Assembly (NCBI GenBank): GCA_963782055.1 | Contig: CAWAIF010000003.1 | Coordinates: 4,320,001-4,384,000 of the forward strand | Length of the DNA stretch: 64,000 nt | From: an uncultured delta proteobacterium | GTDB taxonomy: Bacteria > Myxococcota_A > Polyangia > Polyangiales > Polyangiaceae | Reading direction: 5' to 3' | Part shown: positions 18,305 to 27,477 of the stretch, in pieces | Layout: every line of letters begins with the position of its first letter | Numbering within the stretch: position 1 is the stretch's first letter | The notes under the pieces: model-generated | Seen by the model: only the letters and a program-made list of their open reading frames with translations | Told to the model about the DNA's origin: nothing | Database searches by the model: none | Translations under genes and position numbers: made by a program

Positions 18305-19090
18305 TCACGCCTTCGTGAGCCCGTCCCACCACGAGGCCGCCATCTCGACGAACGCGTCGCGCGCCTCGGGCATGTCCTCGAACCCCGGGTAGGCGTTCAC
18401 CTCGAGCAGGACCGCGCCTTCCTCGTTCACGATGTAGTCGACGCCGGCGATGGCGAGGCCGAGCTTCTCGGTGGTACGTCGCGCGCGCGCCACCAGACGC
18501 GCGTCCTCCTCGACCGTCGTGACCGTGGCCCTCACGTTCTTCCGCCAGTCCGCGCTCTCGTAGTGAAGCTGCCACGCGCGCTCGCCGACGATCAGGACTC
18601 GCACGCTGCGACCCTCGACGAACGGCTCGATGACCGCGTCGCTGGCCATCTCGACCGAGCCGGTCACGCGCTCCTTGTCCTCACCACAATGCCGGTTTCC
18701 CCACTTCACGACGTGCTCCCGGTCCACCTTCAGCGGCGTGCCGCGCGGTACGAAGCCGCGACCCGGGCCGGGCTCGTCGGCCCGCGCCGCGAGCATCAGG
18801 GCCATGGCCCGCTCGTCCAGCGGCAAGGTCGCCCGGACATCGGGGAGCGTCGGCGTCGCGCCGAGGGCAAGGGCCCGCCGCGCCGGACCTGCGTCGTCGA
18901 AGTACCCGTAGAACACGACCCCGCGGGGCTCGAGCCACCGACCGACCACGCTCGCGCTCTCGACGAGAACGCGGCCATCGACGGAGTACAGCCGCGGCAC
19001 GGCCGGGTAGGCGACCAGGCGCGCGTCCACGCGCCCGCGCAGCTGCTCCACCACGTCGGCGTCCAGGCCGACGGCGACGAGTAGGTCCAT
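18305..19090 (-). CDS. ATP-grasp (RimK-like) protein
   Basis: VVKWG..G, IEPFVEG, WRKNV, AGVDYI, LLEVNAYPG. Confidence 0.8.
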   Translation of the reverse strand: MDLLVAVGLDADVVEQLRGRVDARLVAYPAVPRLYSVDGRVLVESASVVGRWLEPRGVVFYGYFDDAGPARRALALGATPTLPDVRATLPLDERAMALMLAARADEPGPGRGFVPRGTPLKVDREHVVKWGNRHCGEDKERVTGSVEMASDAVIEPFVEGRSVRVLIVGERAWQLHYESADWRKNVRATVTTVEEDARLVARARRTTEKLGLAIAGVDYIVNEEGAVLLEVNAYPGFEDMPEARDAFVEMAASWWDGLTKA

Positions 19091-19176
19091 GCCGGGAGCT
19101 TACCCAAGACGGATGGCCGGGTCCCTGGTGGACCACGTCACCTGAAACGGACGCCCCGGCGTGTCATGCTCTAAGC

Positions 19177-20169
19177 ATGGGCCGACCGACCGTGCTCGCG
19201 CTCTCGACGGGCCTCCTGCTTGCTCTCCTTGCTTGCAGCGCTCCGGCCACGTCCAGCCGACCCGCTGCGCCCTACCCTCCCGCGCCGACCGGCGCCGTGG
19301 TCCTGCGGGTCTGGCAGCCGACGCACGTGGTGACCGACGGCACGTACCTGTACGTGACCGCCGCCAGCACCGGGCCGGGGCGCGTGGAGCGATGCGGACT
19401 GGACGGCAGCGATCCGGTCACCCTCGCGACCGCGGCCGAGCCCTGGGGCCTCGCGCTGGACGGAGACCACGTCTACTGGTCGGAGCAGACCCCGAAGAAC
19501 GGACTGCGTCGCGTGCTGAAGTCGGGCGGCGCGCCGGAGACCCTGGCGACCGATAGCGATTGGCGCTCGGAGGTCGCGGTCGACGACAGCCGCGTCTACT
19601 GGGTGGGCTCCTCGGGCGCGGTGATGGCCGTGCCGAAGGACGCGCCGGCCAGCTCGCCCACGGTGCTGGTCGACCAGCACGCCGTGGTGGGCGGCATCGC
19701 GCTGGACGCCACGGACGTGTACTGGACCGACGCCGACTCCGCCGGCGGCGCGCGCGCGCTCGGCCGCGTCTCCAAGGCCGGCGGCCCGGCGGAGACCGTC
19801 CTCGCCGGCTACACCTTCCTCGGCATGACGCCCACCTCCGACGGCGCGAGCGTGTACCTCGGCGTACTGGACACCACGACGACGGCGCACCCCACGCGCA
19901 TCCTGCGGCTCGACACGAGCACGGCCGCCGTCACGCAGCTCGGAGAGAGCACCCTCGCCGGCGCCTTCTTCTCCGACGGCCAGTACGTCTACTGGACCGA
20001 CGACGAGTGGGGTGTGCTCGCGGTGCCCGCCGGCGGCGGCAAGACCGTGCGCCTCGCGTCCAACGCGCCGGGCGCCTCCCCGGGCGGGCTCACCGTGTCG
20101 AAGGGCGTCGTGTACTGGGCGTCGAGCGACGGCACCATCCGCTCCGTCCGCGGCCCGGCCGCGCCCTGA
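19177..20169 (+). CDS. Lipoprotein with YWTD-type beta-propeller
   Basis: Lipobox LLAC; repeated IALDATDVYWTD-like units. Confidence 0.85.
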   Translation: MGRPTVLALSTGLLLALLACSAPATSSRPAAPYPPAPTGAVVLRVWQPTHVVTDGTYLYVTAASTGPGRVERCGLDGSDPVTLATAAEPWGLALDGDHVYWSEQTPKNGLRRVLKSGGAPETLATDSDWRSEVAVDDSRVYWVGSSGAVMAVPKDAPASSPTVLVDQHAVVGGIALDATDVYWTDADSAGGARALGRVSKAGGPAETVLAGYTFLGMTPTSDGASVYLGVLDTTTTAHPTRILRLDTSTAAVTQLGESTLAGAFFSDGQYVYWTDDEWGVLAVPAGGGKTVRLASNAPGASPGGLTVSKGVVYWASSDGTIRSVRGPAAP

Positions 20170-20199
20170 GGGCTCGATCGTCGCGAAGGGGGCAGGCCT

Positions 20200-21090
20200 C
20201 TACAGGATCGACGGGCGCCCGTTCATCCGCACCGTGTCCACGAGCCACGACCCGCCCTGCTTCGTCAGCCCGTACCGGAGCTTGTCGCCGAAGCGCGCGC
20301 GCGTGGTGTCGATCGCCACGCGGCGGGGGCCGACCTCGCGCACCGCGACAATCTTCTCCTGCCGGGGATCGTACTCCGGCGGGCGGGCGTAGCTGCCGGA
20401 GCGGCCGTACTTGCGCTCCTTCGGCGTGCAGAACTCCTCGAAGATGGCGCGCAGGGCGTCTCCGTTCATGTGCACCGCGCTGGCCCGCGAGCCCCGGTGG
20501 GTCCGGTCGATGCGCGCGCACTCCTTCTCCCACTGGTTCATCGCCGCGATGAAGCCGCGCAGCACCTCCTCGGGCGTCCGCTCGGGCTTCGGCTTGGCCA
20601 GCGGGACGAACCCCGTGAGGTCGATGCGATCGCTCCGCTTCAGGCTCGCGACCGCCTGCGCGAAGACGCCCTCCCCCTCGCGCACCGCGCGCTTCCTGTC
20701 ACGCTCGAGGGCCGCGGGCTCGTTCACGCTGCGCCAGTGATCGCGGACGACGTTCGGGAAGATGCCCCACGGCGCGGAGGAGTTGCACGGGCGCGCGCGG
20801 TCGTCCTTGACCACCACCGCTCCGGCGAGCCGGAACGTCTTCGGCGGCGCGCCGCGCACCCAGAAGAGGACCGGCCCCCGCGACGTCGCGCGGAGCATCC
20901 GCTTCGCCTGGGGGGACGCCGCGGCGCTCGCCGCGGTCTTCGCGTCGCCGAACCACGTCGTCGCGCACACGAGCACGTGCCCGCGGTACTCCGACTCGCC
21001 GGCGCGCGGCCCGCGCACGACGCGGCACGCGCCGCGCAGGCCGCCCTTCATGGGGAAGGTGTAGATGCTGCCGGGTCTGGGCTCTGTCAT
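20200..21090 (-). CDS. Putative polymorphic-toxin immunity protein (C-terminal NTF2-fold immunity domain)
   Basis: PEEVLRGFIAAMNQWE...IFEEFCTPKERKYGR...PPEYDP..EKIV; Imm26-like N-terminus PGSIYTFPM..G..GACRV. Confidence 0.65.
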   Translation of the reverse strand: MTEPRPGSIYTFPMKGGLRGACRVVRGPRAGESEYRGHVLVCATTWFGDAKTAASAAASPQAKRMLRATSRGPVLFWVRGAPPKTFRLAGAVVVKDDRARPCNSSAPWGIFPNVVRDHWRSVNEPAALERDRKRAVREGEGVFAQAVASLKRSDRIDLTGFVPLAKPKPERTPEEVLRGFIAAMNQWEKECARIDRTHRGSRASAVHMNGDALRAIFEEFCTPKERKYGRSGSYARPPEYDPRQEKIVAVREVGPRRVAIDTTRARFGDKLRYGLTKQGGSWLVDTVRMNGRPSIL

Positions 21091-21112
21091 GGCGGGGGGG
21101 CTCCTGGGCGCT

Positions 21113-21520
21113 TCAGTGGCGCGCCTCGATCATCTTCCAGCCGTTGCCGGACGGATCGCGGAAGCCGGCGTCCACGCTGCCGAAGCGCGCCACGGGCTCC
21201 TGCGTGAACTCCACCCCGCGCTCGCGCAGCCGCTCGAAGGCCGCGCGGCAGTCGTCGACGGCGAGCACGAGCGGCGGCATGGCGCCCTTGGCCACCAGCT
21301 CGCGGAGCGTCTGCGCGGTCGCCGCGTCGAGCATTGGCGCGCCGGGCGTGAAGAGGCCGAGCTGGAAGGACGGCTGGTCGGGGTGCTGGACCGTCAGCCA
21401 GCGATAGTCGCCGTTGCGCACGTCGGTGTGCACGCGGAAGCCGAGCTTCTCGACGTAAAATCCAAGCGCTTCGTCCTGATCGCGAACGTACAGACCGACC
21501 ACCTCGACATTCTGGCTCAT
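21113..21520 (-). CDS. VOC/glyoxalase family protein
   Basis: VRDQDEALGFYVEKLGF...FRDPSGN. Confidence 0.92.
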   Translation of the reverse strand: MSQNVEVVGLYVRDQDEALGFYVEKLGFRVHTDVRNGDYRWLTVQHPDQPSFQLGLFTPGAPMLDAATAQTLRELVAKGAMPPLVLAVDDCRAAFERLRERGVEFTQEPVARFGSVDAGFRDPSGNGWKMIEARH

Positions 21521-21993
21521 GGGACCTCCGTTTGGTTGGGCCGGTTCGTATCGTGCGCCTGCTGTCGTCGCTTCTCCGAAACTGCGATCGTGAGGTCCGG
21601 CCGGTGGGAGGCGCTGACGAAGCAGGCCGGCACGAGCTCGCGGGCATGGGGCGCGGCCCTGTCGCGCGCCCGGAGCTCGCCCGGGCTCGCGCCGGTGACG
21701 TCGCGGAAGGTGCGCCCGAAGGTGCCCAGGCTGCTCCAGCCCGTCTGGAAGGCGATCTCGGTGATGGTCAGGTCGGTGTCGCGCAGCATCGCCCTGGCCC
21801 GCTCGATGCGGCGCGTGAGCAGGTAGCGGTGCGGCGGGACGCCGAAGGCCTCCTTGAAGGAGCGCGCGAAGTGAGCCTCCGAGACACCGCTCACCCGCGC
21901 GAGCCGCCGGACGGGCCACTCCTCGTCGGAGGCGGCGTCCATCCGGTCCTTGGCGCGAAGCAGGCGCCGCAACAGCTCGGGATCCTGGCTCAC
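21517..21993 (-). CDS. AraC-family HTH regulator
   Basis: LLRAKDRMD...SEAHFARSFKEAFG..PHRYL...ITEIAFQTGWSSLGTF. Confidence 0.92.
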   Translation of the reverse strand: MSQDPELLRRLLRAKDRMDAASDEEWPVRRLARVSGVSEAHFARSFKEAFGVPPHRYLLTRRIERARAMLRDTDLTITEIAFQTGWSSLGTFGRTFRDVTGASPGELRARDRAAPHARELVPACFVSASHRPDLTIAVSEKRRQQAHDTNRPNQTEVP

Positions 21994-22078
21994 GTACCCT
22001 CCTTCCTCTCGGTCCTGGCCGGAGAGGATAGCGCGATGGCCGACGATTTCTCGCCCGTCCGCGATACCCTGGCCGGAC

Positions 22079-22204
22079 ATGGGCAAGGTCCTCGTCCTGG
22101 TGATCGCGGTCGTCATCGCGGTCGCCATCGTCCTCAAGTTGAGCGCGCGCAAGGCGGCGCCGGCGCCGGGGTCCTCGCCCGCCACGTCACGCTCGGCGCC
22201 CTGA
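22079..22204 (+). CDS. Possible 41-aa single-TM peptide
   Basis: MGKVLVLVIAVVIAVAIVLKLSARK; fills the intergenic gap. Confidence 0.35.
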   Translation: MGKVLVLVIAVVIAVAIVLKLSARKAAPAPGSSPATSRSAP

Positions 22205-22228
22205 GCCTGCGCCCGGAGCCGGGGCCCT

Positions 22229-22657
22229 TCAGATGCACCCGACGCCCACGCATGCGCCGCTCTGGCACTGCTGGTGCGCGGGGCAGTCGTCGCTCGTCCC
22301 GCACGCCGCGCCCTCGCAGGCGCCGAAGGCGCCGCACTTCTGACCGGAGGGGCAGGCGCCCGCCTCGGCGGCGCAAGGGATGCTCGGCACGATCGGGTCG
22401 GCGCACCTCGGGGCCTTGTCGGTCCCGCCGAGGCACTTGTCGTAACAGTCGCAGTCGCTCCCGCACGTCGAGCCGTTGGGCTGCGGGCAGTAGCCGTGGC
22501 ACTCCGGGGTCGGCGCCGAGCCGTCGGCGTCCGCACCTGCGTCGCCGCCGCCGGAGCTCGGGCCCACCTGGCCGCCGCAGCCGACGGCGACGGCGACGGC
22601 GGCGAGCGCGACGATACGGGGGAGGATGGGGGACAGCAGCGGAGAGAGTGCCTTCAT
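22229..22657 (-). CDS. Cys-rich lipoprotein
   Basis: Lipobox AVGC; many Cys in short repeats. Confidence 0.75.
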   Translation of the reverse strand: MKALSPLLSPILPRIVALAAVAVAVGCGGQVGPSSGGGDAGADADGSAPTPECHGYCPQPNGSTCGSDCDCYDKCLGGTDKAPRCADPIVPSIPCAAEAGACPSGQKCGAFGACEGAACGTSDDCPAHQQCQSGACVGVGCI

Positions 22658-22772
22658 CGGTGAACCTTTCGCGCGTCCCCTCGCAGGATGCGTGCCTGCC
22701 GCCTGGGAAGGGATTCCAGGCGGCGAGCGTGTGCCAGACGGTGCCACGCCCCCGCCAGACCGGACCTCCTCA

Positions 22773-23858
22773 TCACAGCGCCCCGTGCAGGATGAGCTCC
22801 CTCTGGCCGACGATCCACACGTCGGAGAGCGACGACCCCCACACGCCCACCAGCGCGTCGGTCACGGGGGACGCTACGATGGACACGCCGTTGGTCGCGG
22901 CGTCGTAGGTCTCGATGCGGCCCTGATCGCCGACGAAGACGAAGCGCGTGGACGTGCCCCAGATGCCGTAGATGAACTGGCTGGCCGCGGCCGCGTTCGA
23001 GCGGTCCTGGAAGAGGTTGTACATGCCGTCCAGCACCACGCCCGCGTCGGGCGGGCCCGCGCCGGCGAGCCAGGTGGCGCCGAGGTAGTTGGTGCCGAAG
23101 AGGTACGAGGTGGGCTGGCTGCCCGGCACCGCGTAGACGGCGCGGAAGTCGATCGTCCGGTCCACGACGGGGTCCAGGTTGACGAAGCCGGCGTCCTCGT
23201 AGACGAAGACGCGGTCCAGGCCCGCGGCCATCGCGAAGTCCGCGCCAACGCTGCGGCCGGCGATCGACCACAGCACCGGATCGCTGGCGCTCTGCGTGAC
23301 GCTGGTGTTGGCGGGCAGACCCTGCGCGAGGCGGGGCGCCCAGTCGGTGGTGCCCTCCGCCTTGCCGTAGATCATCCCCTGCGCGCCCACCGCGAGCACC
23401 AGCGTGCCGTCGCCCCAGACCGCAGAGAGCGGCGTCGGCGCGATGTACTCGTCGCTCCACCCCTGACCGTCGAAGTGCTCCACGATGCCCTCGCCGGTGC
23501 TGTGGATGAAGCCGACGGCGTAGACGTCGGTCGCGGAGGTGCCCCACACGCACTCCAAATCCTGGCCGGGGATGATGGGCGAGAAGGGTTTCCACACGCC
23601 GCCGACGTACGCGTAGCGCAGGTTGTCCGAGCCCACGGCGAAGACGTGCTCGGCGTCGGCGCCCCACACCGAGTAGAGCGCCCGGCCCTCCGGCACCGCG
23701 TGGACGACGGTGAAGGGGCTGCCGGCGTCGGCGGCCACCGCGTCGTCGCCCGCGTCCGCGCCGGGGGCCGGCCCCGCGCGGAAGTCGCTGCACGAGGAGG
23801 AGGAGACCGCCGCGAGGGAGAGCGCCGCACCGACCGCGAGCGCGATCCGGAACCTCAC
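22773..23858 (-). CDS. Lipoprotein with VWG(T/S)S..DVYAVG propeller repeats (paralog B)
   Basis: Signal peptide + Cys; repeated VWGxxxxDVxxVG. Confidence 0.85.
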   Translation of the reverse strand: MRFRIALAVGAALSLAAVSSSSCSDFRAGPAPGADAGDDAVAADAGSPFTVVHAVPEGRALYSVWGADAEHVFAVGSDNLRYAYVGGVWKPFSPIIPGQDLECVWGTSATDVYAVGFIHSTGEGIVEHFDGQGWSDEYIAPTPLSAVWGDGTLVLAVGAQGMIYGKAEGTTDWAPRLAQGLPANTSVTQSASDPVLWSIAGRSVGADFAMAAGLDRVFVYEDAGFVNLDPVVDRTIDFRAVYAVPGSQPTSYLFGTNYLGATWLAGAGPPDAGVVLDGMYNLFQDRSNAAAASQFIYGIWGTSTRFVFVGDQGRIETYDAATNGVSIVASPVTDALVGVWGSSLSDVWIVGQRELILHGAL

Positions 23859-24955
23859 AGCGCACCGTGGAGGATGGTCTCATCGGAGCCGACAATCCAC
23901 AGGTCGGACATGGACGATCCCCACACGCCGCCGAAGCCGACGCCGTCGATGGGGGACGGCACCGTCGTCGCCTCGTTGGCGACAGGATCGTAGAGGCCGA
24001 TGCGGCTCGCGTCGCCGACGAAGACGACGCGCGCCGACTCGCCCCAGATCCCGCGGATGAAGAGGCTGGACGCGTCCGGCGAGCTGCGATCCTGGGTGAT
24101 GTCGAACATCGCGCCGTTGATGATGGCGGCGTCGGGCGATCCGGTGTTGGCGAGCCAGCTGAGGCCGAGGTAGTTGGTCCCGAAGAAGTACGTCGTCGGC
24201 TGGCTGCCGGGGACGGCGAAGACGCACTGGAAGGCGCGCGTCGTGTCGACCACCGGATCGAGCGGGACGAAGTTGGGCGGCTCCCAGTGGAAGAGGCGAT
24301 CGCGCCCGGCGGCGATGGCGAAGTCCTTCGTCGCGCTGCTGCCCGCGATGCCGGAGAGGACGGGATCGTCGGGGCCCTGCACGACGTCGGGGTTGGGCGG
24401 GAGCGGCTGGTTGCCCAGGCGCATCGCCCAGTCGGTGGTGCCCTGCGCCTTGCCGTAGAGCCTGCCCTTCGGACCGACGGCGAGCACCACAGTGTCGTCG
24501 CCCCACACGGCGTAGAGGGGGGTGGGCGCCACGTACTCGTCGCGCCAGGCGGAGCCGTCGTAGTGCGACACGATCCCCTCCCCCGTGGCCGTGATCGCCC
24601 CGACGGCGTAGACATCGGTGGGAGACGTCCCCCAGACGCCGTGGAAGTCGCGCCCGAGGATGGTGGGGTCCTGGCGGCTCCACGCGGTGCCGTCGTACTG
24701 GTAGCGCAGATCGTTGGTGCCGACGGCGAAGACGTGGCTCGCGTCCGCGCCCCAGATCGCCAGGAGCGACTCGCTCGACTGACCCGTCTGCACGATGGCG
24801 AAGGGGCTGGCGGAGGCGTCGGCGGAGGTCGCGGCGTCGTCCGCGCCCGGGCCGTCGCGAAAGCCCCCGCACGCGAACGCCGACGCCAGGATCGCCGCGG
24901 TGAGCACGGCGCCCGCGAGCGTCGGCACTGACCTACCGGAGAATGGGAGCGCCAT
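23855..24955 (-). CDS. Lipoprotein with VWG(T/S)S..DVYAVG propeller repeats (paralog A)
   Basis: Lipobox AFAC; colinear with paralog B; both end ILHGAL. Confidence 0.85.
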   Translation of the reverse strand: MALPFSGRSVPTLAGAVLTAAILASAFACGGFRDGPGADDAATSADASASPFAIVQTGQSSESLLAIWGADASHVFAVGTNDLRYQYDGTAWSRQDPTILGRDFHGVWGTSPTDVYAVGAITATGEGIVSHYDGSAWRDEYVAPTPLYAVWGDDTVVLAVGPKGRLYGKAQGTTDWAMRLGNQPLPPNPDVVQGPDDPVLSGIAGSSATKDFAIAAGRDRLFHWEPPNFVPLDPVVDTTRAFQCVFAVPGSQPTTYFFGTNYLGLSWLANTGSPDAAIINGAMFDITQDRSSPDASSLFIRGIWGESARVVFVGDASRIGLYDPVANEATTVPSPIDGVGFGGVWGSSMSDLWIVGSDETILHGAL

Positions 24956-26447
24956 TGGCGGGCCTCGTACCGGAGCTCGCGCTCGACGCCGGCGGTGGGG
25001 CCGCCGTGGCCGAAGGCGAGGGCCTGACGCGCGGGTGCTCCTTGCGGGGAGCGGCCGACGCCGACGGCCGGGGCGCGGGGGTCGGCGTGGCGGAGGCTGG
25101 CGGTGGGGCCGCGCTGGACGCGCTGGACGACGGCGGCGGGCTCGCGACGCTCGCCGGCACCGCCGGGGCGGGCGGCGACGAAGGGGTGGGCTCGACCGAG
25201 CTCGTGGGCACCACAGCGGGCGACCCCGCGCCCTCGGTCGGCCCGGTACGCCCGAGGGTGGCGATCGTCAGCGCGCCCCCGGCCACGGCGCCCAGACCGA
25301 CGGCGATCCACACGCCACGGCCGCGCCTCCGCGCCTCCTGCGGGGGGCTGGCCTGCGGGTCCGGCTCGGTGAGGCCCCAGGGGACCGGCGTCGCGGTGAT
25401 CGACCGCGAGCTGAACGCGGGGGGCGGGTGCGAGGTCGCCGTCGACGCCGTCGAGAGCTCCGCCGCGGGCGGGATGCTGGAGCCGCGCTCGGCGGGCGGC
25501 CTGGACAGGTTGGCGATGCGCAGCAGGCGAGGCGTGGCGTCCGTCTCTAGGAAGGGGGCGAGGGCCTCCGCGAAGGCGAGCACCGTGGGGTGGCGGATGG
25601 CCGGCTCGGCGGCGAGGGCCCTCGCGATCACCGCCTCGAGGCCCTCGGGGATCGTCGCGCCCGCCTCGCGCAGGGTCGGCAGGTTGCCGTGCAGCACCTT
25701 GGCGCAGATCTCCGGGAAGGTGTCCATCGCGAACATCGGGCTGCCCACGAGCATCTCCCACAGGACCATCGCGAGCGACCAGATGTCGGAGCGCGCGTCC
25801 ACGTCGCGGGAGGCCCGTAGCTGCTCCGGCGGCATGTAGCCGGGCGAGCCCAGCACGGCGCCCGTGGTCGTCGTCGCGTGCTCCGCGTCGGCGACGCCGT
25901 TCACCTTGGAGATCCCGAAGTCGAGCACCTTCAAGAACGGCTTGCCGTCGGGCCCGTCGACCAAGAACAGGTTGCTCGGCTTCAGATCGCGATGCACGAC
26001 GCCGAGCGCGTGCGCGCTCGCGAGGGCCTCGCACGCCTGCAGCACCAGATCGATCGCCTCCGCCTGCGGCACCGCGCCGGAGGTGTCGATGCGCCGCCCC
26101 AGCTCTTGCCCATCCAGCAGCTCCATCACGATGTAGGGCAGGTCCCCGCCCGGCGTCGAGTGCACGTCCACGTCCAGCGTGCGCACGACGTGCTCGCTGC
26201 GCAGCTTGAAGCCCGTCTTGGCCTCGCGCAGGAAGCGCGTCAGGATCTGAGGGTCGGAGGCGCGCTTCGGGTGGAGCACCTTGATGGCCACCCGCTCGTC
26301 GAGCGCCACGTGCAGCCCGACGAACACGATCCCCATCCCGCCCTCGCCGAGCAGGCGCTCGAGACGGTACTTGCCGCCAAGTACGTCGCCCGGGTGGACG
26401 GAGAGGCCACCGTCGGCGAGGGGTCCTTTCGGCGCATCGGATCGCAT
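24933..26447 (-). CDS. Membrane Ser/Thr protein kinase
   Basis: GEGGMG, VAIK, HRDLKPSN, DFG, GSPGYMPPE; TM helix and Pro/Ser-rich tail. Confidence 0.95.
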   Translation of the reverse strand: MRSDAPKGPLADGGLSVHPGDVLGGKYRLERLLGEGGMGIVFVGLHVALDERVAIKVLHPKRASDPQILTRFLREAKTGFKLRSEHVVRTLDVDVHSTPGGDLPYIVMELLDGQELGRRIDTSGAVPQAEAIDLVLQACEALASAHALGVVHRDLKPSNLFLVDGPDGKPFLKVLDFGISKVNGVADAEHATTTTGAVLGSPGYMPPEQLRASRDVDARSDIWSLAMVLWEMLVGSPMFAMDTFPEICAKVLHGNLPTLREAGATIPEGLEAVIARALAAEPAIRHPTVLAFAEALAPFLETDATPRLLRIANLSRPPAERGSSIPPAAELSTASTATSHPPPAFSSRSITATPVPWGLTEPDPQASPPQEARRRGRGVWIAVGLGAVAGGALTIATLGRTGPTEGAGSPAVVPTSSVEPTPSSPPAPAVPASVASPPPSSSASSAAPPPASATPTPAPRPSASAAPRKEHPRVRPSPSATAAPPPASSASSGTRPANGAPILR

Positions 26448-26480
26448 CGAAACAGCGCGACAGAGGGTACGATGGCCCGC

Positions 26481-27458
26481 GTGCGGCGTCCAATGGCATC
26501 CGCCCTCCTGCTCGCCGGGCTCCTGCTCGGCTGGCCCGCGCGCGCGCGGGCGGACGGCGCCGACGCGCTGATCGACCAGGGCCTGGACCTGCGCGAGCAC
26601 GGCAAGGACGCGGAGGCGCTCGCGCTGTTCGAGCAGGCCTTTCGCGAGACACCGTCGCCGCGCGCCAGGGCCCAGATCGCCCTGGCCGAGCAGGCCCTCG
26701 GCCGGTGGGGCGTGGCGGAGCGCGATCTCACCGCCGCGCTCGCCTCCGGCACCGACCCGTGGATCGCGAAATACGAGGAGGCGCTCCGCGGGGCGCTGAC
26801 CACGGTCCGGACCCACCTGGGCGATCTGATCGTCAACGGCGGCGTGGTGGGCGCCCAGGTGAGGGTGGACGGCGTCGCCGCGGCGGTGCTCCCTGCCGCG
26901 GGCCCGCTCCGGCTGGCGGTCGGCATGCACACGGTGGAGATCCGCGCCGCGGGCTACTACCCGTTCTCGCAGCCGGTGACGATCCGCGCCGACGCCCCGG
27001 CGGCGATCACCGTGGAGATGCGGGCGCGCGTGGAGGAGCCGGCGCCCAAGCCGGTGGTGGCCCCGCCGCAGGTGCTGGCGCCGGCCGCGCCTCCGCCCGC
27101 GCGTCCGCCGGACGCCGTGCCCGTCGGGGGCACGCAGCGCGTCGTCGGCATCGCGCTCGCCCTCTCCTCGGTGGCGCCGCTCACCCTCGGCTTCGTCGGG
27201 CTCGGCGCGCACGCGTCGGAGGTCTCGGCCTACAACGGCGACACGACGTGCCCCGGGGTCTCGTCGCCGGCGCAGCCCGCGGGCTGCCAGTCGCACATCG
27301 ACGCCGCTGACACGTGGCAGACGGTCTCCATCATCGGCTTCGTCGCCGCAGGCGCGCTCGCCGCGACGGGGATCGTCATCGCCGTGACCGCACCCCACGG
27401 CTGGCGCGCATCGGTCGCCATGACGCCGTGGGGCGCATCGTGGACGGCACGGTGGTGA
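26481..27458 (+). CDS. TPR + PEGA domain protein
   Basis: Signal peptide, TPR helices, GAQVRVDG...GMHTVEIRAAGY, C-terminal hydrophobic segments. Confidence 0.88.
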   Translation: MRRPMASALLLAGLLLGWPARARADGADALIDQGLDLREHGKDAEALALFEQAFRETPSPRARAQIALAEQALGRWGVAERDLTAALASGTDPWIAKYEEALRGALTTVRTHLGDLIVNGGVVGAQVRVDGVAAAVLPAAGPLRLAVGMHTVEIRAAGYYPFSQPVTIRADAPAAITVEMRARVEEPAPKPVVAPPQVLAPAAPPPARPPDAVPVGGTQRVVGIALALSSVAPLTLGFVGLGAHASEVSAYNGDTTCPGVSSPAQPAGCQSHIDAADTWQTVSIIGFVAAGALAATGIVIAVTAPHGWRASVAMTPWGASWTARW

Positions 27459-27477
27459 GCCGGACCTGCGCGGGACA

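Noticed and set aside
18305..19090. RiPP (graspetide) biosynthetic cluster
   Set aside because: No precursor peptide with repeated core motifs and no transporter adjacent
22654..26652. 1332-aa ORF, and similar giant ORFs at 30236..34138, 30687..33827 and 8255..10159
   Set aside because: Arg/Ala/Pro-rich or antisense shadow frames of well-supported genes, expected at this GC content
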